In this document: piece by piece, positions 12,871 to 26,249 of the stretch | How positions within the stretch are numbered: position 1 is the first letter of the stretch | Layout: each line of letters starts with the position of its first letter | NCBI GenBank assembly: GCA_965655095.1 | Contig: OZ296653.1 | Span: 66,712,001-66,776,000 of the forward strand | Reading direction: 5' to 3' | DNA: 64,000 bases | Origin: Haplodiscus bocki | Taxonomy: Eukaryota | Notes under the pieces: model-generated | What the model was told of the DNA's origin: nothing | Database searches by the model: none | What the model saw: only the letters and a program-made list of their open reading frames with translations | Program-made: the position numbers and the translations under genes

Positions 12871-13432
12871 TGTGATGAGTGTGTGATTGCCGGTCAAAAT
12901 GAGTTTCTGGGACCGACAATTCACTTACCTCGTCTGCAAAATTGTTTCGAGTCTCATCATTCACTTTTCATATTCCTAGTGTATCATTGCTTCCAGATGC
13001 GCTCTCAAAAGGGGCACTAATCCCTACCTGTTCCCTACGTTCTGAATTCACAGACACGTTAGCCACATCTCGTCCCAAAGATGCATTTATTGACCTGATA
13101 GCTAATTCAATTTTAGAAGCAATAATGTTATCGATAGCGGTCAAAATTGCGTTCTGTATCCTATCCTCAACTGTATCAACAATATTGGCCATTTCTCTAT
13201 CAATCCTTTTGTTGAAACACCTTTCTAAAGTTTTCACATTCGCTACACTTCCATTAACAATTGAACTAACGTTAGAAGTACCAACGGTAAAGTCCTGGTC
13301 ATTAGTACCCTCGTTGACCACAGTATTCTCTTGTCTTTCACTAGCAGTATTGCTAATCATGTCTTGATCAAAATCATCTAATTGGCTAAGAAGCCTTCTA
13401 TTTGACTGCCTCTTCTTACGAGTGGAGACCAT
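12871..13432 (-). pseudogene. LTR-internal ORF (MVSTRKKRQSNRRLLSQL...), putative Gag N-terminus
   Basis: 154 aa to a TGA that is TCA in the other copy. The frame then continues to ...FDRQSHTHH at the LTR end. Confidence 0.55.
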
Positions 13433-14387
13433 GTTTGTTTTAATAACTGAATTGTACTAAGAGTTGAAAGTTAACAATAACACAGAGAGTAAAATGATAC
13501 TTCAAACCGTGAAACTTGCAAAGAGTTTTAATAATCACAACAGAATAATATTAGTTTTGGGATTGTTTTTGCGAACTGTTCTCTGGTATAACAGTTTTCT
13601 CCTCCGATAATCGTTGTCTTTCTTGAGGGTCACCCTTCTTCGTTTTCCTACTGCTTCGTCGAGCAATTGGGTGATGTGTCCCTTTGACGTCATTCCCTTG
13701 GTTCTATTTTTAATTAAACATCAAAAGGTTTAACCCGAATTACATATTTCATCAATATGACATCACTTTAAAAATAGTAATATGATTAACATCAAAGAAT
13801 AAATACCGCAAAACCATGACCATCAAAATATAGTTATGAAAACTGGATAAATGTTCAAGGTTAATAAAATCAGGTTAACATGTGTAGTTATTGTCATGGG
13901 TGGTCGTTTATGGTTATAATATAGTAGATATGACAAGAATTTTAATAATGAACTTCATGCACAGGTTTTACCTCTGAGCTAAAATATAGTGGTCAAACGT
14001 GGGCATTTATGACCGTTCTTTGACCAGGTAATAATTTTCACTCGGGGTTAATTTAATAATTAGCACTAGGTAATTTTATATCACATAATTGAGCAATTAT
14101 ATGTTTATATAAGTACATAGCAACATCTTTTAATTATATCTGGTCATACTTCGGTTTTTCTGACTTCGTTTGGCCGTAATTCACCTTTTGTTTATAAGCG
14201 ACCACTCGCTTTGAGCAAAGTGGTCAAAAATAGGTCCTGGTGACCAATTTTGACTACACTCCAGCAGCACTGTTGCTTGGTCAAAATATGATACGAATAC
14301 TTGCCTTGACCAATCAAATTTAAGTATAAGACTTCAATTGAATTTAGCGCTATAAACATTTGTTCATAACCTTTCTCTCATGATACA
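12871..14387 (-). mobile_element. Solo LTR (~1.5 kb, TGTATCAT...CATCACA)
   Basis: TG...CA ends. Colinear with a diverged copy at 14633-16282, and homology starts and stops at the same termini. No target-site duplication found. Confidence 0.7.
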
Positions 14388-14432
14388 AGCTTCTTTGCTA
14401 TTTTTATGGATTTTGCACATAAATACGTAAAT

Positions 14433-14632
14433 NNNNNNNNNNNNNNNNNNNNNNNNNNNNNNNNNNNNNNNNNNNNNNNNNNNNNNNNNNNNNNNNNNNN
14501 NNNNNNNNNNNNNNNNNNNNNNNNNNNNNNNNNNNNNNNNNNNNNNNNNNNNNNNNNNNNNNNNNNNNNNNNNNNNNNNNNNNNNNNNNNNNNNNNNNNN
14601 NNNNNNNNNNNNNNNNNNNNNNNNNNNNNNNN
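14433..14632. other. Assembly gap (200 N)
   Basis: Run of N. Confidence 1.
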
Positions 14633-16282
14633 GTATCATTCGCGAACGGATATAAACAAAAGCTTATAGTGCTCAATTAACTTGCAGTCTTATACTCAAT
14701 TCTGATTGGTCAAAGCAAACATACTTGTCAAAATTTTGATCAAGCAGCAGCGCTGCTGGAGTGTGGTCAAAAGTTGGTCAAAAAGACGTAATTTTGACCA
14801 CTTTCCTTTAAGGGAGTGATCGCTTCTGAATAAAACGTAAACTACGGCAAAATGAAATCGCAAATACCAAAGTTTGGCCATATTAAATTAAAAGACTTTG
14901 CTATGTAATTATATAAGTATATAAATATATTTTATGTGACGCTAAATCATCCAGTACTCATTACTAATGAATCTTATTACTTGGTGAAAATTATTACTTG
15001 GCCAAAAGACCGTCATAATGCCCATCTTTTGACCGCTATACACTAATTTGAAGCCAAACCTGTGCAAGAAACCTAATATCAACATTCTTGTCTTATTTAG
15101 TACATTATAATGATAAATTGACCACATAATGAAGCCTGAAAATATATTGCATTATTCAAAACTTCCCATTCGTGTATGACCAACCACACCCCCGTTAATT
15201 AGACCACAGCCAACAAGTAAAGTTTAAACCCTTAAACCAGGATTTACATGATGGAAATTCTACAAGCAAACATGATTTTCTTGACCTCCAGAATTTGTCT
15301 ACTTTTTTGTAGTCATATTTTGATTGTCATCATTTTTCGGCATCTCCCCCTTTGATGTCTATTTTGTTACTGTTTTTTAAAATGATGTAATAATGACGAA
15401 ATGTAAAATGCGGGATAGACCCTTTGATGTTCTGATTAAAAATAGAATTGCGAACATAACGTCAGTAGATTGGGCCATCTAATTGGTCGACGAAGTTGAG
15501 GTCAAAAGGAGGAACATGTGGCCCACGACTGACCAAAAGCCATCATCAAAGGAAGATTGCGACTCTGAAAAACAGTTCAATAAATTATTCATTGTAAACT
15601 GATACCATTTACTTTGGATTATTTAAACTCTCAACAAGTTTTGTATTGTAAATTGCCATCACGTTCCTATATTATTTTAACATTATAATCTCAAGTACAA
15701 ATGAGTGGTTAAAACAAACATGGTTTCTACTCGCAAGAAAAGACAGTCAAACAGGAGGCTCCTCAGCCAATTAAATGACTTCGATCAAAATATCATTATT
15801 GGCAATGCTGCTAGTGAAAGCGAAGAAAACTCTGTGGTCAATTAAGGTACTAAAGACCGAGATTTGACCATTGACGCCTCTAGCAAAAACATAGCGATTA
15901 TTGAAAGTACGGTGAATGTCAAAACCTTGCAAAGGTGTTTTAATGAAAGTATTGACAGGGAAAAGAGCAATTTTGTTGATACAGTTGAAGACAGGATACA
16001 AATGCAATTTTGACCGCTATTGATAACATTGTTGCTCCTAAAATTGAATTAGCAATCAGTTCAATAAATGCATCTTTTGGACGGGATGTGACTAGTGTGA
16101 CTGCAAATTCAGAAGGTGGGAACACGTAGGCATTATTGCTTCTTTTGAAAACGCATCTGGAAACAACAATGTACTGCATGTATCAAATGTATATGATGAG
16201 ACTCGATATAACATTCCGGACGAGGTAAGTGAGTTGTCGGTCCCAGAAGGACGTTTTGACCGGCAAACACACACTCATCACA
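14633..16282 (+). mobile_element. Second solo LTR of the same family, opposite orientation, with disrupted ORF at 15720-16282
   Basis: Begins (n)GTATCAT and ends CACACACTCATCACA. The MVSTRKKRQSNRRLLSQL ORF has a stop at codon 42 and a frameshift, and ends FDRQTHTHH. Confidence 0.7.
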
Positions 16283-17449
16283 GATATGAAAAGTAACTTT
16301 AATTCTAACCATTACTTTAACTCTAACTCTAACTATAACTGCTTGACGGTCTGCAGAGTACACAAAACGAATTTTCAAAGTATAAAAGATTCCATGTTCA
16401 GTGGGAGTAAAAACAAAAAGTTTTGAATGCATGCTCCAAAGTTTCTGTTGCTTTGTCGAACAGAGTTTAAAGCCAAATGTACTTTCAAGTCAACTCTTCA
16501 AAAAACCCATTCTTTTTTAGCTTTTTCCTAAAAGACTAATCGACCCATCAACGGATTCTTTCCCGTTTTGCACTTAACATCATATAGGTTTCTGTTAACT
16601 TAGTTCCAGGTTAAGTTTAGGGACATGTTTCCATTTCTGGTTAATCCCGTCTTGAATAGGTGCATTTTAATCAATCAGATCATCTAAATCCATATGGTAG
16701 CTACACATTTATTGCACGTCTTGAAATTGAAAAGCACGATGATCATATTAGCACATTTTCAAAGCGTCCACTACGGAGTCTGTTGATTAGGGATACGTTC
16801 TTTTACCGATACCTTTTCGCAAACTTTCTTGAAATATGTCCTAAAAAAAACAAGATTCTTTTCTCTGACTAACCATATTTAAATGGATAATTAGGCCAAT
16901 CATCATTAAGTACAATTGTCGGTGCTAAATGTAGAATTACCTACACTGTTTGCCATTTGGATGAAAGTATGTTTTTGATCCAAAATATGGATTAGTTGTC
17001 TGATATAACTCTGTCATTCGATTAACATGGAAATTATCAACCAAATTTGTTTTTAAGTGGATTTACATTTAGGACTTTAAACTTCAAAAATACCGAACCA
17101 TTTGTTCTAGGTTCGAAAGTTTATTTTCCAAGTTATTCTTGAAATAAAAGACGAAACGGTGAAAACGTCATGCCCGGACAATTTTCTATCGTCATTCCCT
17201 AAGTTGCTTCATCTCATGCGTCCGCATGTGAAACTAGTAGTCTGAAACCTTGTCTCTAAGCATTACATGGTAACACTTGGATCAAGTTGTTCTAACATTT
17301 CAAGAGTCAAGACCCATAGCGGGGGTGGCGTACCCGTCTTTTTCAGCAATCATACTGCCTGCGGTATCAATTTTGTTGCTTCTAATTTCTCCATGGATGG
17401 ATAGGTTGCTTCTGCCTTTTCAAACAAGAGATGCACCGTAACCTAACAA

Positions 17450-17915
17450 TCGATTCAGGCCCAAGCAATTCGCGTCGGATCAAAAAACGACGAGAATGAT
17501 CTTATCCAAATGGACGAGGTAACGTAATTTAGAAAAAAAAATGAATTGTTTCATTTTGGGTTTCTTTTTCAGACAAATTAAGCCCTTATAAAACAGATGT
17601 TTGTAGAAAATTCTTCATTCTTGCTGCTTTTAAACATGTTCGTTGACAAAATACCTTCAACAGGTGTAAATTTCATCAAATTTCACTTCCAATGGCTGAT
17701 TATGCTTGATCTTTGGTGAAATGCATAAATCATCAGAACGTTACGCAATTATGTAATGTGTACGCACTAGGCCCAGGAATAACTTAGTAAACCCCATGGG
17801 TGCATCCCTGGGCCATACTAAGTCATACTCATCCCTGATTCCCGTGTACCCTATCCCTGTCTCACTGACAATGCCTTTGTCATCCCTGGATGGTCAACCC
17901 AGGCAGCTTCGCCTG
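17450..17915 (+). repeat. Left arm of a diverged inverted repeat (partner 51930-52395); candidate Polinton TIR
   Basis: 17698-17729 matches the reverse complement of 52131-52162, and 17770-17792 matches that of 52064-52087, with further colinear blocks. Confidence 0.7.
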
Positions 17916-19139
17916 TGTTAATATTGTACTTGCCATCAAAAAACTTAGTGTCTTTTCTTTTTCTTATGAAATATTGTTAAATTTTTTCTAACTCCTGATC
18001 AGATGGCCGAGTTACGATATACTTTGGGCAAAAAGACCATTTTTTTCCGAAGATTTTACTGAAGAACCAGGAAAATTCCACAGAACCTCTGGAAAAAATG
18101 AAAATCGAATTTCCATTTTTGCCCTGATTTGTTCTTGGAAAGAAAATCAACTGTATTGACTTTCTTTGGTGCCTAAAATATTGCAATCGCTTTCCTTCAG
18201 ACTGAATTCATTAATAAAACAGTTGTAAAAGCTGAAAAAGGCTGGTTGTTTAGATCTTCTTCAATGTTTTGAAGCAGTATTGTCTAAGAGAGTCTAATTT
18301 CTACAATGTTGCTGACAAAATGACAGACAATGTTGCTGGCAAAAGCATTTTCATTACTATGAGCAAATTTTGAGTTAAAGTACCAAATTGGCAAATTATA
18401 TAGACTTTGATGTGAACTTGTCCGTAACCGGAAACAGGTACACTGACGTTTATGACATTTCCCGAGCTACATCCATGATATTCCACGGTTATGTCAGGCC
18501 TAAATACGAATATCCGACAGAAAGAAAGAAAGAATTTATTTCTCCCATTTTTAAGCATAAAATTTATTATATAGTTGAAAGATCGTAACATGAAATAACA
18601 TAAAAAAGATTTGGTCGGCAAAATCGATCGATGGAGAGGAAAGACTAAGGATGCCAAAAGATTGTAGGACCAAGCAAAACAAACGCACCTGAAAAAGAAT
18701 GTGAATGAGACTCGGACGCTAGAACTGAGATTGATTTTCATTTTTTTTCAAATGCTGGTGCTTTTTACTGTTTAATTGAGAATGCCCTTTGGTTAAAGAC
18801 AACCTGGGTCGAAATTTTTTTGAGATTCACTGTTTGATTTCGAAGATCGTCGGTAATTCTGCTGATACCGTCGTTAATCTCCTAAGAAACGCCAATGCGC
18901 TGTTATCATAGAACTTCTGTTGAGAAATGAAGCCAATTTCAATGTCTTTTTTCTATTCTATCTGCTACTGTCTTGAAGTTTGCTTGAAAAACTGTTCAAA
19001 ATTGGTTTTGCGAAATCTCTATGCTTTCCAGCTAAATTTGGACTACTGTGGTTGGAATTATTATGATCGATATCTCAAATTGGGGTGTTTATTTTCAGTT
19101 TGATCATTTTTTCTTGAAATCTTGACTCTCTTTTGAGTT

Positions 19140-19560
19140 TTGGGGTCCTATGGAGGATTCCTTCTTGTCGTGGATACAGTCACTTAGGATATGTTGCGCC
19201 CACAAGCTGAGAGCCTCTAACGTGGAAAATGAAAACTCCGGTTTCTATTCTTTGCAAACATTGTTTGTGGAAAGAGCCTTGTCTCATGACTATGTAAACT
19301 TTTTGTCTTGTTTTGATTAAAACGGTTGGTCGTTTTAGATGTATTGAGTTTTTTCAACAATGTTCGATATCGGAAATTGGTTCTTCGAATTTCCATCTGA
19401 TGTAAATCTTATCATAAATCGATTTTTTTGTCACTTGTTGGGCTCTTTTGCAGGCCACGTTCTCTTCGTGAATCTTGTCAAGTATCCTACACTAGAAGCA
19501 GAAACTCAGAACCTTCAGTAGCAAATATAAGGGTTCCTGTTCCCGTCATCTAAAAAGATT
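19140..19560 (+). repeat. ~290-bp degenerate repeat family, 2 units
   Basis: GGGGTCCTATGGAGGCCACGTTC-like motif at ~19142 and ~19440. Same family as 26880-28600. Confidence 0.7.
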
Positions 19561-20199
19561 GCTTACGGAAGGGAAAATTGTCCGACATCTTGATTTACTT
19601 TTTGTATTCATGCGACACGTTTTTCTTGTTGGATGTTTTGAGCTGTCTAAATATTGAACGAAATTGAGTTCGGACTGTTGGAGCTCCATTTTATTGTCGA
19701 ATTTCTGATGTTTTGATCCTCTTAGGCAGTTTTTCTCATATGCTCTCATGCCCCCCCATTTTCAGAGAATCTGACCTTTTACAAATCCGCTTTGATTACA
19801 GAGGCCAAATATTTTTTTCACTGAAATCACCCTAAAACGATAATTCGTCTCACCTTAGTTACAGACTCTCAGAGAACAATTGGTGAAAGTGTTCCTTTGG
19901 ACACGCAGAAGTCGATTCCGAAAACACCAGCTCTTGTCTGATTCGTAAATACGGAGCTATCAAGAGCAGGACTTCTGGCACTGCTGGTTACCTGTGTGTC
20001 GAATTTTTATCTATCTTTCATGAGCCTTTTCGGACCAGTTGTCGACTGAGAAAAGCAATGTTCTTGCGCTTTCTTTTTACAGTAATGTTACAATATGTCC
20101 ATACCACCTGATTGTTGGGTTTCAATGAGGTGCGACTCGAGAAGGCATGATAAGCAATTCATGGCTCTCAGTATGAGACAGTGTTGCACCTATTTCAAT

Positions 20200-21540
20200 C
20201 TGTTTCTGCTTGATAATGGTGATGATGTACCTTTATGAGTTTTTAAAGTGGTGAAAGTACCTCGAGTCACTAATTTGGAATAATCAGCATAAAGTTTCAC
20301 AACAGTTTTTCCTAATAAACTCAACCGGTTTGGTCTAAATGGATCAACATTAAGTACAATTGGGTCCGATTTATAAGAGCGTCAACAGGTTCTCAACTTT
20401 TGTTGGACGTTGTCAATGTGGATAGTGTTAAACTGGATGGTTTTGCTTTACGCACAGAGCTGTTCATACTATTCATCAACAATATGACCTCAATCTTCCT
20501 GGATTGTTTACATATTTGTATGCAGATGAATTGAAACTGCTGTTCTTCTCCCTGCAGTTTCATTATCATCTCAGCCACCTATACTATTGAAGCATCACTA
20601 ACAGCATTTTTGAAAAAAAAATTCTGACCAAAAATTTTCTCTGTTACTTCATACTTGAGGCGATGTTGACCAACACAAATTATTATGTCTTCTTCTATAT
20701 TCAACCCTGAAATGGGAAATTCTTTTGCAAATTGCAATGCCTAAAGCTCAGAAAAATTCCCTTTTTATAGAAGTCAACTGCACACTGGACTAATTCTTCA
20801 GAAATTTAGTTTAACATGCAAAAAGCAACGATCGTTTGCGTTCTTCTCAGTGGCTTTGAGGCCTTCAAATTTAGATATCAAAGTTGTTTTTCATTCGAAG
20901 GATTGAAATCTTTCATATTTCTTGTTTTATACAGTTTTTTGGTTCTCCAATTTCCCATAGAGAGCGATTGTTGATGTTCAATATAATGTCATTTTGTCAT
21001 TGTATCAAACACAATCTTTTTGCCTTTTTTGGAGCTTCTATATGGCTAGTATCGGTGAAACTTGGAAAAATATGTCTAAATCTGAAAGCAGAGGTGCTCA
21101 AATTTAAACCCTCTTTAGTGTTGAACGGAAATTGGCAACAGTTGAATTCTCACAAGGTCTGTGAACAGTTTAGTTTATTTCTGCTGTTATGATTGAGATT
21201 AGAGACGGCTGTTGAAAAGAAATCAATGTTTCGATATTGGGGAATCTTTACAGAACTATCATTGAAACGAAGTCATATTATATTTCTTGTGAGTTGAAGG
21301 AAATGTAAAGTAACTAAACTCTTAGGAAAATTTCAGCTTGTATTTGGGACTGATGTTATCAGGAAAAGTTTCTCTCCCTCTCCCTCTACCTCTCTATCTC
21401 TTTCTTTTCTCTAGCACTGCTCTTCCTTTTTCTGTTTCTCCTGGTATTTCTCTCTGAAATTCTCACAAAAGTTTTATAGTGAAATGAGCATATTAGTTCC
21501 AGCTAATGATGTTGCTCAGTTTGAGTTGCTCCATTGAATT
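20200..21540 (-). mobile_element. Possible highly decayed Ty3/gypsy gag-protease remnant
   Basis: Charged tract, a broken zinc-knuckle-like CKQSRKI-GHI (~20490-20520) and protease-like RLSLLGKTVVKL. Many stops. Confidence 0.3.
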
Positions 21541-21946
21541 GAATCACTTTTTTCAGTCCCTGGAACCTATTTTAAAAAATTGAAGAGTCTAAAATCATTG
21601 ATTAAATCTTTGTATCGGTTTCACATGTCATTCGGTAAGGTGAACAGTTTGCATACTTCTAATTTCAAAACAAATTGCAGCATTTTAGGGGTCAGTTTTC
21701 GATATTGTTTTTTCTGACCAATAGAAGTCCCGGTTCCCAATGGGTGTCAATTTCCCATCGATTGAACTACCAGTTGAATTTCAGAGTCTTTGATTGATGA
21801 AATTGACTTTTTTTCAAACTTCGCGTCGTTGGATCAATAGCAACAACTAAATAGCTATTAAGTTTAAAAGGACTACTTAGAAATCAGAACTGTAGTCTAA
21901 TGGTCACCACGCCAGGTCAGTACTTGAAAGAATAGTTGCGGAACTT

Positions 21947-22701
21947 TTGAGGTTTAATTTTTTGCTCTCACCCATAATCTTTGAACACTTCTTCAGAACT
22001 CAAGAAAGCGAGTCCAGTATTGGAGAGCTAAAACTTTGGGTAGATGAAGGGCAAGACCTACTGAGAGACAAAGTTAATGATGCCTCTGATGAGAGCATGG
22101 TCAACCATTTTTGTGGAAGTTCGACTACCGAACTTTTGCTTTGGAAAGACTAGTCAGACACTTACCATGCTCTTCGACATATTTCTTGGCAATGTAGAAA
22201 CATCGGATTTCTCACTGCAACATTTGCTTTTTCGTTCGAATCGGTGAATTATCAATCTGATAGAGAAGTTCACGGAAACATTAATGTTTGCAGTCTCTTG
22301 ACGAAACTTTTCATTCAAGATACTGTACTGCTCAAAACTAAACCAGCAGATGTTCCTGTTGGAACATTGACTGCAGAAGTCATGCAAGTAACAATTCGAA
22401 CAAAGAAGAAAGATTATCCTATGGCTTAGATAGCGGTTGTTAACAACAGAAGGAAACACATTCGCCAGAACCTCTAGTGTTTTGCCAAGATGATACCAAC
22501 CAAAACTTCGACAACTTCGCTTACAAATGGGGCGCGAAGCCAACGTCGCCCTATGCGATGAAACAGCGTTGTTTTTGGGCCAAAACGTGGTTTTCAACGC
22601 CTTGGGCCAACAGACTGGTTGCTGCGATGGAGCTCACTGCGTTTGAGAGTGAATTTCAATGTGTGACGGCGGAAACTGTGACTTGTTTGGGATTGAAGTG
22701 A
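21947..22701 (+). pseudogene. Disrupted ORF of unknown function, convergent with the penton gene
   Basis: Track ORFs 21947-22153 and 22244-22429 share a frame and are separated by a single stop. The reading continues after a frameshift into 22477-22701. Confidence 0.35.
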
Positions 22702-23059
22702 ACCAACTCTGGAGACTTAAATATTTAAATCTTTGCTCCAGACCCAACCAATCAAAGTTCTTTCGTTTAAATTCTAATGCCAAAAGGTTCCTTCTTGTTG
22801 CCTTAGAACATTTTGGAATTGATCACATTGGTTTCGTTAGCACAGAAACCAAATCGCAAAAGATTTTCACTGCGCACTTTTATCTCTGATAGTTTTTTTC
22901 TCCTTGTGGGGCTCACATTATCCGCTAGACTGCCCCGTTGTCCATTTTTTTTTCATCGAGCCCACATAATGCGTTTTGGAAATCCTGCGTTTTCCACTGT
23001 CGTTTTTAACTCTCCAAATCACTTTTGCAGCTAGTGATCACTAACAAAATCATTCGAAA

Positions 23060-23870
23060 AATCAAAGTCTTGAAATAGATTATATCGGTCGACGCGCCAT
23101 TTGTGTGGGTGTAAAAAACTCCCGTACTTTCAGTGCGATGATAACAATTGAGCTTCTAGTGGTTGCTTGTTTTACTTTTTTGAAGAAGTTCATTGATTTT
23201 ATTCGTCAAAAATTAGGAGCAAGTTTTCGATCTGCAAATGCTAGTCGAAGGATGATTCGTTGGCAATCGACAACGTCAATGTTGCCGCTGTGATCAAATT
23301 GGTCAGCACTTCTTTCTATTGCCCAAGGTGACAATACGAAAATTGATTTTTTCCTGGAATTTTCCACAACTGGATTCAATTTTAACGCTGTTTATTCGTT
23401 TCGCGTGCTCTAGTTTTTGCTGATATTTGAGTCTAATAGCTTTTAGGTGTTGGCTTAGTATAAGTGCCCTATAATTTTGACACAATGAAAAATGTATTTT
23501 CTTCGTTTCAATTGAATCATACTGTTGATTTTTCGAATAATGAACGTTCTTGTTGAAACGGCTGCTTAGTCGTAATCACAGGTAGCTGCCTTGCTTCTTT
23601 TATTTTTCTGCTAGAAAAAACATTTTTGAAAAATCATTGCTGATTCTGTGTTCCTGCGGAACTTTCCTATGTTCTGTGATTTTTTTCTGACGAATAAGCA
23701 GAGACAGCCGAGGTAAAGGGATGTGCATGTAGTAAACACTTGAAAATTTTTTTCGGTAGCGCTTTCCAGACGTGAAGCTAACAGTACTAAAAAAGTTGTT
23801 TAGTAGCATATTTGGGAAAAACGAAACTTCCGTTCGAAACAATTTCAAAAACCATTTGATTTTCGTTGGA
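23060..23870 (-). pseudogene. Polinton element 2 penton (minor capsid protein)
   Basis: N-terminal FEIVSNGSF-FPN..NNF.V.L..RLE...FQV and C-terminal FKKVKQ...IVI..ESTG...NGASTDIIYFK resemble Polinton penton ends. Read across frameshifts. Confidence 0.6.
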
Positions 23871-24339
23871 GCGAAAGGACTTCGAAGTAACCGAGGCAAG
23901 CAATGGTTTTCCATGATTTTTGCCACGGTAAAGGATTTCAAACGTCAACAGCTGCATTCCTGTAATTAGTCTTAGCCGCCGCAACTAGTAAATATGGGTC
24001 ATAGTGCAGAGAATTGTTGTGAAAAATAGCACCATTTCAGGTAGAAATCGAGTTGCTGTTTTTTTTTCATTTTAAAGCTTTGGTTAGAATATGATGTTTT
24101 TTGTGGCGAAAAATCCGGAAAAATCTGATACAACGCGAGTGATCTTCTCAAAAGTGAAACATTGGTGAAAAATGACACGATGGATATATCAGAAAAGTAT
24201 ACTAACTACAAGAATTCTGACTGCATTTTTGAGCAGGTTTGAATCTGCGGGAGGTTTTCTTCCAATGAAGAAGAGACTTGCTGCATTTTGAAGTTTTTAT
24301 CGCATTTCCTTCAATGACTTGGATTTCAGTTTGCTTCAT

Positions 24340-25850
24340 CACAGTCTCAGTTAAAGAAATATTTTTGACATCAAGGTTTAAGGTATTTGATAATAAAAAC
24401 ACATTGATTCACCTAGTTCCGATACTTTAAATGAAGATAGAATTGTCAGCTTCTAGCATGTTCCTTGCATTTAGCCACCCTGTCTGGAAACAAGTTCAAC
24501 ATTTTTAACTTATCTGATGCAGGTGCCTATGTTGGTTCAGTTCCAGTCAGTTGGTCGGTTGAATGTTTTCGAAGTTTTCGAGATTAACCGCCAAGTGACT
24601 GCCCGCTTTCAACTCCAATTTTGTAACTTTACATTTCATGGCGTAATTCTCATTGTTTTTAAAATACTTTCGTGCATTCAGTTGTGCAACCCTCCTTTTT
24701 CCCTGATGGCAATGAATAGACTTTTTTGAAGACAAAACCGGTTTTTTGTAACGATTTGTTTCTACAGGCCAACACTATTTGTTAACGTTCCATGATCTAG
24801 TGCTTCAATGCACGAAGTCTGTCAAATGAGACAATATCAGTGGAAGTTTGTGAAGAGATTGGTTGAAGGGTTCCCTGCGTGAACTGATGAGAAATTTTTT
24901 TTATGTTGACACTTCTAAAATGTTCGAATGAAGACTCAAACTTGACAAACGATTGGCATCTTTAGGCCCTCATCTGTTGCTATTTCAGCAATTTTGTGGT
25001 TTGGAGCATTGAGATTGTTTGCAGTCCAAACTTTGGTTGATTCTTTGACAATATCTAAACAGTTTCATGGGTTCAGTAGAGTGATCCTCAATTCAACTGG
25101 ATAGGACTGATGGGCCCCATTGAAGAACAAACATTGTCGCACAGCGATTGAGATCTTTGGGCCCCCTAGTCTAGGTTCCTGCAGCGCCTTATTGCTTTCA
25201 CACTTTTCAACGGCAGCAGTTCGTTTATAATATGTTTTCAAGTTTTTAATTAGTTTTGTAAGTGCAATTGTGTTGTTACTCAATCCTTGTCGACGAAGAA
25301 AACCATTTCGGAAGACTTTTTGACTTTGCCTTGTAGAACTTTTTGTTGCTGTAGGTTTGTTCAGCAGTTGCTTCCTCAAACCTTTTTTGGTACTATACGG
25401 CATCAAGTTTGTTTGAACCACAAGAAATTGGAAGAAATTATTCCTTTAGTTTAACTTGATGGCAGAGAAACGATTTTTTGATGACCTAATTTGGTATTCA
25501 AAAAACGATTGTTTTCTTTTGGCCAGCATATGTTACCTCTTTCTATTCACCGCAATGATACTTTCAAATGAAACAAAGTGGACAAAATGATGTTTTAAAT
25601 ATTGTTAAACAGTCTCGTGTGTGAACTAATTTGTCCTCAGTTTTGCTTTGACAGTGCTGCAACGCTTTATCTTTTACTTTAAAAACATAAACGAATGGTT
25701 CCTTTGGCACCCTTGGTTTACGTTTCTGTGGTGCTTCATCGAATTCAAACTTCCCAAAAATACCAGTTTTTTTCATGGATCCAGGTTTGGCGAACTGTCC
25801 CCTAACTTCACTTGAGCTGTCACTTAATGCTTATTCTCTCTCAAAAGCAT
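24340..25850 (-). pseudogene. Polinton element 2 major capsid protein (double jelly-roll)
   Basis: Ordered remnants over ~500 codons: GKFEFD...VYVFKVK, NIILSTLFHLKVSL (cf. NNxLHSLF), LGGP..I..Q..FFNG..VELRITL, GNPSTNLF, VTKLELKAGSHLAVNL. Confidence 0.55.
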
Positions 25851-26249
25851 GGAGGAAACCTAAATGTGTGCTGTCGAACTTTTTTTCTGTGAGGTTTTCG
25901 GCAGATACTTTTTCAAGGCCTTTCTGGTGCTTTACCGCATTGAGACTGTATGAAGTGCAAGTTTCTGATTGACCTAGTGAATTGATGTTTCTCAATCAGT
26001 TTTTTCTCCTCAATTTAATCATCTTTCTTTTTTGTGATAACGCTGATAAGTCCTGTTGAAATCCTAACTTTTCCGAAAAGCGAATGTTTTCTCTGGATCC
26101 CCTGAGTTTTCGCTTTTTTCAAATTTCTGAGCCGGTTTATCGCGTTCCGACAGTTTAAGTAAAATAGTTTAACTGTACGTTGGAGAAAGTTCCCAAGTGA
26201 TTTCTTGCGCTAAAGTGAGTTGTCGTCACGGTTTCCTTGTTTACCTTGA

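Noticed and set aside
14364-14676. ORFs spanning the N run
   Set aside because: Gap artefacts.
16290-16342. TAACYY hexamers as a telomere
   Set aside because: Only about 8 degenerate units, and internal.
23190-23230. ENLLLIFDE as an ATPase Walker B motif
   Set aside because: No Walker A or GRH motif nearby; it fits the penton C-terminal region better.
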